DNA of 64,000 nt from Candidatus Poribacteria bacterium (GCA_965242965.1 OZ251518.1:1568001-1632000); one strand, 5' to 3'. Shown: positions 9,085 through 18,555, numbered from the stretch's first letter. Program-made: numbers and translations. Notes: generated from the sequence alone by a model not told the origin.

Positions 9085-10521
9085 TTACAAAGATTCTAGA
9101 AACGCGATCAGCGCATCGCGTTCCGGTTGCGACATCTGTTCAACGGCGCGCCGCGATACCTCCGCTTCTCCACCGTGCCAGAGAATCGCTTCCATTAAGT
9201 TGCGCGCTCTGCCATCATGGAGGAAGTTCGTGTGGCCATTCACCCGCTGCACCAAACCGATACCCCACAACGGCGGTGTCCGCCACTCTGTCCCACTCGC
9301 GTGAAAATCGGGACGGTTGTCTGCCAAACCGGGGCCCATGTCGTGCAATAACAGATCCGTATACGGATGGATTGTCTGATTGCTGACAGATGGCACGCCG
9401 GGTAAAACGCCTGTCCTAAACGTCGGAACATGACAACTCGCGCACTGTGCTTGCGCAAAAAGACGTTCGCCTTGCTGGACGAGAGGATTGTCAACATTAC
9501 GCCGCGCTGGCACCGCCAACGTTTGCACATAAAATGTCACTACCTCTAGGATTTCGTCGCTGACTTCCGGTGTTGCTCCTGCACTCGGGGTTTCGTTCCT
9601 GCCGGGATATTGCCCCACCGAACTTTCGAGTAAGAACAGCGAAGTGGTGATACCCATGTCGTCGTGATATGCCGAAGCTACCTGCTGGAGAAGCGTCGGC
9701 TGGTTCGCCTTCCACCCGAAGCGGCCGAGGGCTTTCCGCTGCTGCACCACATCCCACACATAATTCGGCTTGCCGGAGATACCATCACCGTCGCTATCCG
9801 CCTCGTCTGCATAGGCGAGGATGGATTCTTCCGGAATGGCTTCTAGCAGTCCGAGCCCGAAGACAACTGGCGCGACGCGCGGCGACACTTCAACGTCATC
9901 TGGCAGTGGACGATAGGTTTCCGTGAACGTGTAATTCGGATAACTGAGACGCACACGCGTGCCATCTGCCATCGTCAGCGGTTCCTCAGTCCAGTCTATC
10001 TGGACGGTGCCTTCCGGCTGTATTCCGACGATGGCTCGGTTATTCAATTGTGTGCCGAATCCCGGTACCGGCACCGGCGGTTTCCCTTCCAACGCGGTAT
10101 CAGGCCGCGGTAAACTCAGTCGAAAGAGCAATGATACCAACTCCTCGTTAGGACGAGGCGGTCTGCCCCGGCCATCGCGCGCGTGGCAGTTGATGCACGA
10201 AACGTTGTTATAGATAGGCCCTAACCCCGGATTCACCACCGCAGGCGCAGTTACAAACACTGCCTCAAATTCAACGTCGCCTTCCAGATGTTTTGCAAAT
10301 GCTGCTTCACTCAAATTCGGCGCGGGCACCGAGAAGGCGTGGCTTGACGCGTCAAAAACAGTCGTTTCTCCACCGGAAAGCGCGCCGGTAGAAAGGACAG
10401 GCATTGACTCCACGGCGATGGGTGATTCGGCATCACACGCGCTCAGCAGAAACGGCACGATGAAGGTTAAGGATAGGCACAGCCTATAAACAGTTTGCAG
10501 ATGTTTCATATCTTTAAACAT
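9085..10521 (-). CDS. Di-haem oxidoreductase (DHOR, 'thiol oxidoreductase') family lipoprotein
   Basis: Two CxxCH motifs (CINCH, CASCH), GLGP, GRFGWKA, YTDLLLHDMG, WRTPPLWG, LHDGRA. Confidence 0.9.
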   Translation of the reverse strand: MFKDMKHLQTVYRLCLSLTFIVPFLLSACDAESPIAVESMPVLSTGALSGGETTVFDASSHAFSVPAPNLSEAAFAKHLEGDVEFEAVFVTAPAVVNPGLGPIYNNVSCINCHARDGRGRPPRPNEELVSLLFRLSLPRPDTALEGKPPVPVPGFGTQLNNRAIVGIQPEGTVQIDWTEEPLTMADGTRVRLSYPNYTFTETYRPLPDDVEVSPRVAPVVFGLGLLEAIPEESILAYADEADSDGDGISGKPNYVWDVVQQRKALGRFGWKANQPTLLQQVASAYHDDMGITTSLFLLESSVGQYPGRNETPSAGATPEVSDEILEVVTFYVQTLAVPARRNVDNPLVQQGERLFAQAQCASCHVPTFRTGVLPGVPSVSNQTIHPYTDLLLHDMGPGLADNRPDFHASGTEWRTPPLWGIGLVQRVNGHTNFLHDGRARNLMEAILWHGGEAEVSRRAVEQMSQPERDALIAFLESL

Positions 10522-10616
10522 TTTTTGGGAGGGAACAACCTAATGGCTGCTCCCTTCCAAAACGAAATAGCCCACGGCATGGCGAGGGACAAGCCCCGCG
10601 CTGCCGGTTTCAAGGA

Positions 10617-11726
10617 TTAGTTAAACTCACTCGCTTGGACAAGCGGGAGGATATCTTGTTCTAGCGTCTGCTGCACCTTGCTGACAGCGTCAATTGCCGC
10701 TTGCACAGCGGCACGGTTGGTAGTAATTGCGTCGCGGAACGGAGCCGGAATAGCACCGATGGTATTGATGGCTGTCTGCACCTCTGCTTGGAAGCGCGCG
10801 TCCAACGCCGCGTCTTTGCTGTTCACAAATTCGTTGAGTCCCTGTCCATCGCCCACGAATTTCCCCATATAGACATTCTGGATGCCTCGGATATTGTCTT
10901 GGAAATCCGTGATGGAATTGAAACTAAACTGCGATTCGACAAGAGTCGTGTCCGATTCGTTGTAAGGGTCGGAGATTTTGCCGTTGGCGACTTCATCGGC
11001 GATGGTTATCATGCCGTTCACCATCTCCTGCACGGCGGAACTCTGCGATGGGTAAATCGCGCTACCGGTTCCAGCCTGTGCGACGGCACTGCTAAAATTC
11101 TCGCCTTCCGGTGCCCACGCGAGACGCAATTGCGCGGTACTCGCCTTGAGATTCTCTGTCGTTGAGACGAGGTATTCCAATTCACGTTCGGTGATGTCCG
11201 ATGCCTCGCGCTTGTCACCTTCGCGGAACAGCAAGAATTCAATGGTGTGGAACCCTTTCTGCGTATCTTCCAAACCGCTGACAAAGTCCACCGTGAGCAT
11301 ATCGCTGCTGTCCAAAACGGATTGGAGATTCACGTGATCTACGGGCCAACTATCCAGTGCCGGATCCAACCCTTGGGTATCAACCGGCCCAAATAGGAAC
11401 GATTCGCTCTGTTCCCAAGGCGTTCGTGTCGCTTTCCAAGCGGTTTGCGCTTTCGCCAGATTCGCCGGTGAGGTATCCGCCGCCAACGCTTTGACAGCCG
11501 TCAGCAGTTCACCTGCCTTGGCATCTAAATCGGCGTAGGTAGCCAAGACGACGGTGTTGGCGAAATCGTTGAGCATCGTGCCGGCTTCAAAAGTTTCCGC
11601 GCTGGATTCTACTTCAGCATCATCGTCGTCGCTGCCACATCCGATAACAGCGGCGAATGCAAGTAGTAAGCAAGAGAACAATGTCCAAATTTTATAGCAT
11701 TTCATAAGGTTTATCTTGCCTATCAT
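10617..11726 (-). CDS. Imelysin-family (IrpA-like) iron-regulated lipoprotein
   Basis: Lipobox IGC, WEQSESFLFGP, GFHTIE (GxHxxE), DEVANGKI, ESQFS.NS. Confidence 0.9.
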   Translation of the reverse strand: MIGKINLMKCYKIWTLFSCLLLAFAAVIGCGSDDDDAEVESSAETFEAGTMLNDFANTVVLATYADLDAKAGELLTAVKALAADTSPANLAKAQTAWKATRTPWEQSESFLFGPVDTQGLDPALDSWPVDHVNLQSVLDSSDMLTVDFVSGLEDTQKGFHTIEFLLFREGDKREASDITERELEYLVSTTENLKASTAQLRLAWAPEGENFSSAVAQAGTGSAIYPSQSSAVQEMVNGMITIADEVANGKISDPYNESDTTLVESQFSFNSITDFQDNIRGIQNVYMGKFVGDGQGLNEFVNSKDAALDARFQAEVQTAINTIGAIPAPFRDAITTNRAAVQAAIDAVSKVQQTLEQDILPLVQASEFN

Positions 11727-11749
11727 GGATAGGCGTTAGAGCCTCCGAA

Positions 11750-12961
11750 TTAATATTGAAACCCAAAACCGAGTGAAAAGGTATTCTCCCGATTTTTATC
11801 CGTTGTGGCGAGTCGCCGAAGCGAGTAGTGTCCTTTGAAAACGAGTTGCGGATGCGCGTGGTAGTTCACGCCGAACGTCCACGTGGTGCGTTCCCACCGC
11901 GGGTTGTCAAAGATAACGCCTTCAACGCTTGCCATTGTATCGTAATAATCGTAACGCGCGAACACATCGCATCTCGTGTCGGTAGGCGCGGGCAGGAAAA
12001 GGGACAAGACATCGTAACCTGCCTCCAGATACCATCCTAAGGCGGTGCTGCCGATAGGTGTCCGCTTCACATTGAGGTTATTAGAGAGCGCGCGGTTGAC
12101 TTTGGAGAGCCTGTCTGCGTTTTCTAGCGTTCCCCAAAGCACCAAACCGCGCACCTTCACGGCGTTCACCTCGTAAAACCCGTGCAGGCTGACAATCCCG
12201 ACGTTGGCAGTGAAGTCGACATCGGGTTTCGGACGATTGGCGGCGGTGTCGCCATAATAGCCGGAGATGCCGACGGTTGCGCCTTCCCGCAGCCTGTAAT
12301 CGAGTCGTCCGACAAACGCGGGTGCCTCGGCATTGATTGTTTCAAACCGCAATTGGTGCCCCGGCACTATCCAATGCCGCGAACTAAACCCGGTTGAATC
12401 CAATCCGTTGATGACTTGCGCCTGATAATTCAAGGCACCGAGTGTGCCGAAGATTTCAACGCCTGTCTCGTGCCAAATCGTCGGGATGAGGTGCGTCTCT
12501 GCCTCCGGACGCGTTGTGGTGAAGTAGTGCTGCGGCCGGTGCCGTTTTGCGACAAGCCCCACCGGGACTATAATATGTCCGACGCGGAGGTTGAGCGCGG
12601 GTTTGAGAGAGAACACGGCCGCTAGTTTCTCAACGATGACTTCGCCGCCTTTTTCTATTTCTGTCTCAAATTCGCCGAACTCCTCGAATTTATCGAATTC
12701 CATCGTGCTGCCGGTGCCGCCGTGCTCAAGTTCCAGTTCCGCTTCAAGGCGGATGGTATCGTTGATACGGTATTTCGGCGCGATGACGAGGCGTTCCACG
12801 TCAATAGCGGCGCGTCTACCCGGGTCAAGTTCCCAATCGAAATGGGAATAGTGAATCACACCGTAACCTGAAACCGAAAACGGATTTGATGCTGCAGGGG
12901 CAGGCGCGCCTATCCAAATGAAAATTCCCCAAATGGTGAGGAAAGCCAACTGTTTTTTCAT
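11750..12961 (-). CDS. Outer-membrane porin-like beta-barrel of imelysin/iron operons
   Basis: Signal peptide, ELELEHGG.G...E...EE.GEFE.EIEKGGEV motif, C-terminal aromatic; start set at ATG 12961 because the upstream extension overlaps a Fur-like box. Confidence 0.8.
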   Translation of the reverse strand: MKKQLAFLTIWGIFIWIGAPAPAASNPFSVSGYGVIHYSHFDWELDPGRRAAIDVERLVIAPKYRINDTIRLEAELELEHGGTGSTMEFDKFEEFGEFETEIEKGGEVIVEKLAAVFSLKPALNLRVGHIIVPVGLVAKRHRPQHYFTTTRPEAETHLIPTIWHETGVEIFGTLGALNYQAQVINGLDSTGFSSRHWIVPGHQLRFETINAEAPAFVGRLDYRLREGATVGISGYYGDTAANRPKPDVDFTANVGIVSLHGFYEVNAVKVRGLVLWGTLENADRLSKVNRALSNNLNVKRTPIGSTALGWYLEAGYDVLSLFLPAPTDTRCDVFARYDYYDTMASVEGVIFDNPRWERTTWTFGVNYHAHPQLVFKGHYSLRRLATTDKNRENTFSLGFGFQY

Positions 12962-12976
12962 AAATAATTCTATTTT

Positions 12977-13158
12977 GATAATGAATCTCATTATCAAAAT
13001 AACCATCGTTCGTTTCGTTAGACAGATATAGAAGAGCGGATATGGAAAACCGCCCTAAATGATAATGAGTCTCATTATCTTAACGGTTTCACGATTGCCG
13101 CGTTTATCAGAATTTTCTGCGAGCAGCGCGAAATTCCGCGATAACGAGTCTCATTATC
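12977..13158. promoter_or_regulatory. Three Fur-box-like operators
   Basis: GATAATGAATCTCATTATC (12977-12995), GATAATGAGTCTCATTATC (13061-13079), GATAACGAGTCTCATTATC (13140-13158). Confidence 0.85.
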
Positions 13159-13161
13159 TTA

Positions 13162-13263
13162 ATTATACCCATATTTTTCGCGTTTGTCAAGAAAAAAACG
13201 CGAAAAATGGTAATTAATGCCATTTATGCTATTAATTATACCCACATTTTTCGCGTTTGTCAA
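13162..13263 (-). promoter_or_regulatory. Tandemly duplicated consensus sigma70 promoter
   Basis: TTGACA-17-TATAAT on the minus strand at 13162-13190 and 13235-13263, inside a ~40-bp direct repeat. Confidence 0.8.
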
Positions 13264-13315
13264 GAAAAAAGCAATTTTTTTTGCAATTTTCCGATTTTGT
13301 CAGAGATGCCGTTCT

Positions 13316-14149
13316 TTATTCTTCGACATCAATGAGCAATTCGCGGCCGTTTAACGGTTGCACCGGCCGATTGTTGCGATGGATAATGGCTGCGAACGCG
13401 GCAATTTGCGCTTCCGACATCTCAATAGGTGCCGTCATCACAAACCAATTGACTCCCTCCGAGCATGGAGGCGTAGTCAACGAACCTTCATAACGGTAGG
13501 TATCCCGCGCGCTCGGCAGCAGTTCTTCAACGTTGAAAGTAACGTGCTCAACGCGTTTTGTTTCGCCTGCGGCGGTTGGCAGATGCGCCCAGATCTCGTT
13601 AAAAGCGGCATTTTCACTGCCGTCCTCGATTAGCACCCCGATGACAGCCAGCGTGCCATCTTCACTTTTATGAACGAGGTGCATTTCCATATCAAACAGC
13701 TCGCCTGCAACCGTGTGTTCACTCGGCGTGTGGAAGTGGAATTGCAGGAGTTGATACCGCGTTCCGTCGACCTCAATCGAACTTCCTGCGTCGGGCTCTG
13801 CCGGATACCCCACCTCAATTGTATGGCCGTTGTGACGAATGTCTAGCGTTGTCGGTTGATAATTGAAGGTGATAGCCGGGAGTTCTGTCGGCGTTGCGTT
13901 CACCAAGTCGATGGGAGATTGGTGCATTCCCACCGCACACAAACTATATCCCGAATTGAGTTTACCCCAAACGTTAGGACCGTTTTCTGCTTCGTAGCCC
14001 CATTCCACCTTGTGGACATCGGATGTCACATTGATGGCTTTCTGGCAACTGGTCGTCCACATAAGCATCGCTATGATAACTCCTAGTTTTGCGAGATGCG
14101 CTTGCAAGCGAAAGGCTGCAAGGCAACGGTGATTTGACTTAATACGCAT
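13316..14149 (-). CDS. Alpha-class carbonic anhydrase
   Basis: WGY, QSPIDL, NGHTI, QFHFHTPSEH, EMHLVH, Y.GSLTTPPCSEGV.W, N.RPVQPLNGR motifs. Confidence 0.95.
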   Translation of the reverse strand: MRIKSNHRCLAAFRLQAHLAKLGVIIAMLMWTTSCQKAINVTSDVHKVEWGYEAENGPNVWGKLNSGYSLCAVGMHQSPIDLVNATPTELPAITFNYQPTTLDIRHNGHTIEVGYPAEPDAGSSIEVDGTRYQLLQFHFHTPSEHTVAGELFDMEMHLVHKSEDGTLAVIGVLIEDGSENAAFNEIWAHLPTAAGETKRVEHVTFNVEELLPSARDTYRYEGSLTTPPCSEGVNWFVMTAPIEMSEAQIAAFAAIIHRNNRPVQPLNGRELLIDVEE

Positions 14150-14282
14150 AACAAATTTCCTCCTGAGAAAACGGAATCCGTGGAAAATCTGAGTCGTTTC
14201 CGCTCCCTCTTCAGTGGCGTTTAATCTCTATCTGAGTATAACCTGAAATGTCTGTTTTGTGCAAGGAAAAAATTATTTGATT

Positions 14283-14839
14283 GAAGGTGTTTCATATCTC
14301 GATGGCTTCCCCGTAGGAGAGACCTCCTGGTCTCGAATTCTTCCGGTAGGAGAGACCTCCCGGTCTCGATGTTCCCGTAGCGCGGGGGCCTGTCCCCCGC
14401 GATGGCTCAAAACCGTTTTTTTCACCGTAGCGCGGGGGCCTGTCCCCCGCGAGCTCCATCGTCAAGATGCCATCTTAGGTCCTTTAGGACCTTAATGTCT
14501 ATAGAAAAACGTGTCGTTACGTTTTCAAGGTCCTTTAGGTCCTTAATAAAAAACACGCGCCGCATCAAAGCATATTAAGGACCTAAAGGACCTTAAATCT
14601 CTTCACGTCGCCGACTGCTATAGACATTAAGGTCCTACGGACCTAAGAGACGTTATTTCCACCGTAGCGCGGGGGCCTGTCCCCCGCGATGGTTGGGATG
14701 CGCGAGGCATGGCGAGGGAAACCCTCTCGCATGCGCGTATAGCATGCGAGGGCCCAAGCCCTACGGTGCGGGGTGGCATTTTTTCCCCGTAGCGCGGGGG
14801 CCTGTCCCCGCGACGTTGAGCGATTTATGAAACCCCCTC
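14283..14839. mobile_element. Modular MITE-like element, complete
   Basis: GAAGGTGTTTCATA ... TATGAAACCCCCTC; interior C, C, A, A, four-unit E block, A, loop-expanded B, A. Confidence 0.85.
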
Positions 14840-14849
14840 GTTTAATCTT

Positions 14850-15029
14850 TGTTGGCTTCTTTTATCACGTCCCGGATGACGATACCGAGTGTCGTGAAAA
14901 AAATGACTACCGTGAGAATTGCAACCCATTCCATCACAAATCCTCCAAAGCCAGTGAAATGGCAAATACTACCTTCAACCAGCCAATTTCTTCCTTGAGT
15001 TTATCGCACATATCAGGTAATACCTCCAT
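14850..15029 (-). pseudogene. Truncated small membrane-protein gene remnant
   Basis: MEVLPDMCDKLKEEIGWLKVVFAISLALEDL* behind a duplicated promoter, stops after 31 codons; lower boundary approximate. Confidence 0.4.
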
Positions 15030-15082
15030 TACGTAGTATAACTTGAAATGTCTGTTTTGTGCAAGGAAAAAATTATTTGATT

Positions 15083-15416
15083 GCGGGTGTTTCATATCTC
15101 GATGGCTTCCCCGTAGGAGAGACCTCCTGGTCTCGATTTCTTCCGGTAGGAGAGACCTCCCGGTCTCGATGTTCCCGTAGCGCGGGGCCCTCGGATGCCA
15201 TACGCGCATCCGAGCGGGTTTCCCTCGCGTTGTCCTTCGTTCTCCCCACTCTGTAGTTTGTGATCGCCTGATCACAAACGGGTCAAGAGCAGGCGCTCTT
15301 GACCTACAGAGGGGATAGCGTTCGATCGCGCCGACGATGGCGAGGGACAGGCCCTCGCCCTACGGTGCGGGGGGGGCGTTTTTTCCCGTAGCGCGGGGGT
15401 CTGTCCCCCGCGATCG
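15083..15416. repeat. REP-mosaic cluster with an orphan left terminal repeat
   Basis: GCGGGTGTTTCATATCTC followed by C, C, loop-expanded A, D-pair, B, A; no right TIR before the RM gene. Confidence 0.8.
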
Positions 15417-18400
15417 TTAGAGTGCACCGAACAACTCCGGCAATCCCCCAACAATACCCACCGTCCGAACACTCACCTCCACCACTTGCCCAAGAAGCCG
15501 AACAATATATTCATCATCAGCAACGCGGTTCGGATCGGAGAGCAACTGACTTCGCTTGTGCGTTTTCACATGATACTGATTCACCACCCACTCCAACGCC
15601 GAATACGCACCCAACCGATACGCAAACGCATCCGCCGGAATTGCACCTATCGTGAGGAAATCGTTGTAGCGCAACGCCGTTTTATCCGCAGAGAATTTCA
15701 TCTTCTTCGACACGCGATAATCGATCGGCAACTCGCGGTTCTCAATCGGTTGCAAGCCGGCATACTCCGGCGACGACTCGTAATTGACATGGAGTTCCGC
15801 CAACTGCGCACCCGCCGCCGCAAAGCCCCAGAAATCTGGCGCGAACGGAATATGCGGTAAATCTAACTTGAGATTATCGGCATACGTCTCGCGATATGCC
15901 GGATGATGCAACAACCCGTAAGTGTAGTTGAAGATGTCCCATTTCGTGATGCTCTCGTCGCCGTAGTGCGCACGGAACGCCGCCAATGCCCAATCGGTGA
16001 TGTTCTCACGGCGTTCCGAACCATCCTCTGCGTAGGTATAGAATGGAAAGCACTGCGTTTTTTCAAGAATATCAACCGATGGGAGCAAATCTGTCATGAG
16101 CGTTTGGAACGGTTTGCCGCTGCCAATCCCGCTGACGCAAATCGCGCGATTCTCGTTCTCTGTCTCAGGCACCGGGAAAATGGAGGGCATCAGAGAGACT
16201 CGATGAGCTATCTGCCTGTCGAAATAGAGGTTCGATTTGGTAAAGGGCCGATAAAGATGATCGCGCACCTTTGCTGCTGAGAACGCGGCGAGGTTCCCTC
16301 TTTTCAATTCCGCTTTGAGCCTTTCATCCCACTTGATTTTGGTGTTGTCAGCACTCACAAAATTGTTGAGATTCGCCTCCAACTCGGTGCGCCGCTGCCA
16401 GCGCGCGACTTCGGCGTTGTAGAACTCCATCATCCGAGACAGATTTGCCGTGAGAGCGGCCTCGTTGAAGTTGATCGCCCATTCATCGCGGCCCGTTTTC
16501 ACGCCGTTGCTGTAAGTCTTAAACATCGCGCCGATGCCTGCGCCTTTCGCCGCCTTTACCGTCTTGCTGCCGAGGGGGAGAAAGGTGTTGAACTCGTCGC
16601 GGAGCCCCTCGGTGAGCCAGATGTGACGTTCGTTGGGTTGAATGTTCTGCCACGTGAGATTGCCGACATGCTCGCGTTCGTTCAACCACTCCATCTTGCG
16701 GCTGGCATCCCATGTGGCGGTTTCGCCGTGGTAGAGGATGCGGGCCGGTTTTTCTGAGGTGTCTCGCTTTTTCACCAAGATGGCGATACACACGCCGACC
16801 TGGATGCCGAAAACGTTGGAGGTGCCCGGGTCGCCCGCGCGGATATTTCCGCCTAAATCCAGCACATAGAGGGTATCAAAATCCTGCGCGAGGTGTTTAC
16901 GCATGCCATCAAACGCGATACCGTCAATAAAGGAGCGGTTCGTGACGAACGCCACGATCCCCTCGATGCCGAGTTTATCGGTGCCCCAGCGATAGGATTT
17001 CACATACGGATCATAGAGCGCGCCTTTCCGTTGCGCAACAGAATCTTTAGCGTAAGTATCGCGCACGCGCGCATCCACGCCTTCATATTTGCGGTTCGGG
17101 TTATTGTCATTCTCGTTTTTCTGCCCGGCGTTATAGGGCGGATTTCCGATGACGACGAACATCGGTGTGGCTTTCTGCTCCTCCACGCGCAGGGTATTCG
17201 CCTGTGAGAAATAGGCAAACTGCCCGGTCTGGTTCGGTGCATCGCGGACATCAAACGTATCAAAAGTATCCACGAGGCAGATCTTCTCAAACGGCAAGTA
17301 GGACTGCGTCGCTTGGAAATATTCGTGCTCGATGTTCATGCTGGCGATGTAGTAGGGGAGCAGGAGCACCTCGTTGCAATGCAGTTCTTCGCGATATTTA
17401 CGTTTCAGGGCGCGGCCATCGATCTCGCGCATCAGCCGGACGATGAAGTTGCCGGTGCCGACAAAGGCATCGATGAGATGCACGCCGCTATCGGATACCG
17501 TTTTGCCGAATTCTTCCTTGAGGACATGGTTAACGCTCTTCACCATGAAATCGACGAGGGGTTGCGGCGTGTAGACGATGCCGTGCGTATCCGCAACAGC
17601 GACAGAAAATCCTTGGAAAAACTGCTCGTAAACGGTATTCAGGAAGTGCTGTTTCTGGGAAAAATCGCGGCAGAGTAGGGAGGCTTGCTCAATGGCGAGA
17701 TAGAACGGATCGAGGCTTGCCAAGAACTCGTGCCGACTAAATGCCTGCGAGGTGAGCGCGTCAATGACGTTCTCAATCTCGCGGGCGATGATATTCCGCC
17801 GCGTGAAATCCGGATTGGCGAAAACGGTGCGGAAGGTGCGTTCCGTCAAAATGTGCTGTGTCAGCATCTCCTCCACGGCGGCTTGCGAGAGATTCGGGTT
17901 GATGGAGGCGCGGCAGTGTGCATAGAAATCGGCGAACGCCTCGCGATACGCGGCGTTGGTTTCGCGTTCCGCGGCGATGCGCTGCGTGAGTTCTGCTCCG
18001 AGTGCTGGCACTTTCTCCTTGAATTCGGCGACAGCGGCGTGCCAATTTTCAATCGCCGTGTGCGGATTCGCGAACAACTTTTCAAGCGCATCGCATAATT
18101 GACCCGGGTCCCCGAGGTCTGCGTCAAGCACTTTTTGTCCGTTTTGGTAGAGAATCCCGCGTTCTGGCGTTTGGAAGAAGATGTTATCGTCGGGATAGCC
18201 GACGGCGAATTTCTCTTGGACTGCTTTCGGCAAATCGTCGTCAACATCTTTGAATTCGCAGGCGGCGAGGGGGAGCCCGTAGGCATCGAGGAGCATGCCA
18301 TCGATGACAATCCGAGTGCCGGCTTCGGTGCGGACGGCGTATTGCGGCACGAGGGTGGCATCTACTTGTTTCGCGCAGGCGTGGAGTAGTGCTTGAAACG

Positions 18401-18509
18401 GCGTGCTGACTGCGCCTTCGTGTTTGATATCGCGGGCGGCGTATGCCTTGAGCGTGGCGTAGTATTCTCGCACGGGTTTGTGGTGTGGTTTCAGGGTTAA
18501 TTGTTTCAT
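15417..18509 (-). CDS. Single-chain restriction-modification enzyme: N6-adenine MTase with Type ISP-like C-terminal specificity region, no helicase
   Basis: HGIVYTP, DAFVGTGNF (motif I), GNPPY (motif IV), GVKTGRD, YRPF, Y.LG..SALEWV..QY; N-terminal ID...CEFKD putative PD-(D/E)xK; likely start ATG 18509. Confidence 0.85.
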   Translation of the reverse strand: MKQLTLKPHHKPVREYYATLKAYAARDIKHEGAVSTPFQALLHACAKQVDATLVPQYAVRTEAGTRIVIDGMLLDAYGLPLAACEFKDVDDDLPKAVQEKFAVGYPDDNIFFQTPERGILYQNGQKVLDADLGDPGQLCDALEKLFANPHTAIENWHAAVAEFKEKVPALGAELTQRIAAERETNAAYREAFADFYAHCRASINPNLSQAAVEEMLTQHILTERTFRTVFANPDFTRRNIIAREIENVIDALTSQAFSRHEFLASLDPFYLAIEQASLLCRDFSQKQHFLNTVYEQFFQGFSVAVADTHGIVYTPQPLVDFMVKSVNHVLKEEFGKTVSDSGVHLIDAFVGTGNFIVRLMREIDGRALKRKYREELHCNEVLLLPYYIASMNIEHEYFQATQSYLPFEKICLVDTFDTFDVRDAPNQTGQFAYFSQANTLRVEEQKATPMFVVIGNPPYNAGQKNENDNNPNRKYEGVDARVRDTYAKDSVAQRKGALYDPYVKSYRWGTDKLGIEGIVAFVTNRSFIDGIAFDGMRKHLAQDFDTLYVLDLGGNIRAGDPGTSNVFGIQVGVCIAILVKKRDTSEKPARILYHGETATWDASRKMEWLNEREHVGNLTWQNIQPNERHIWLTEGLRDEFNTFLPLGSKTVKAAKGAGIGAMFKTYSNGVKTGRDEWAINFNEAALTANLSRMMEFYNAEVARWQRRTELEANLNNFVSADNTKIKWDERLKAELKRGNLAAFSAAKVRDHLYRPFTKSNLYFDRQIAHRVSLMPSIFPVPETENENRAICVSGIGSGKPFQTLMTDLLPSVDILEKTQCFPFYTYAEDGSERRENITDWALAAFRAHYGDESITKWDIFNYTYGLLHHPAYRETYADNLKLDLPHIPFAPDFWGFAAAGAQLAELHVNYESSPEYAGLQPIENRELPIDYRVSKKMKFSADKTALRYNDFLTIGAIPADAFAYRLGAYSALEWVVNQYHVKTHKRSQLLSDPNRVADDEYIVRLLGQVVEVSVRTVGIVGGLPELFGAL

Positions 18510-18555
18510 ATCGGATATGATAACATGAATGGGGATAAATGTCAAGGGAAAAATC

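Noticed and set aside
12962-13006. Upstream extension of the porin ORF
   Set aside because: Overlaps a Fur-like operator; the signal peptide begins at ATG 12961.
14476-14650. E blocks as CRISPR arrays
   Set aside because: Only four units, with the second pair inverted relative to the first; dispersed copies; spacers partly related between copies; no cas genes or leader.
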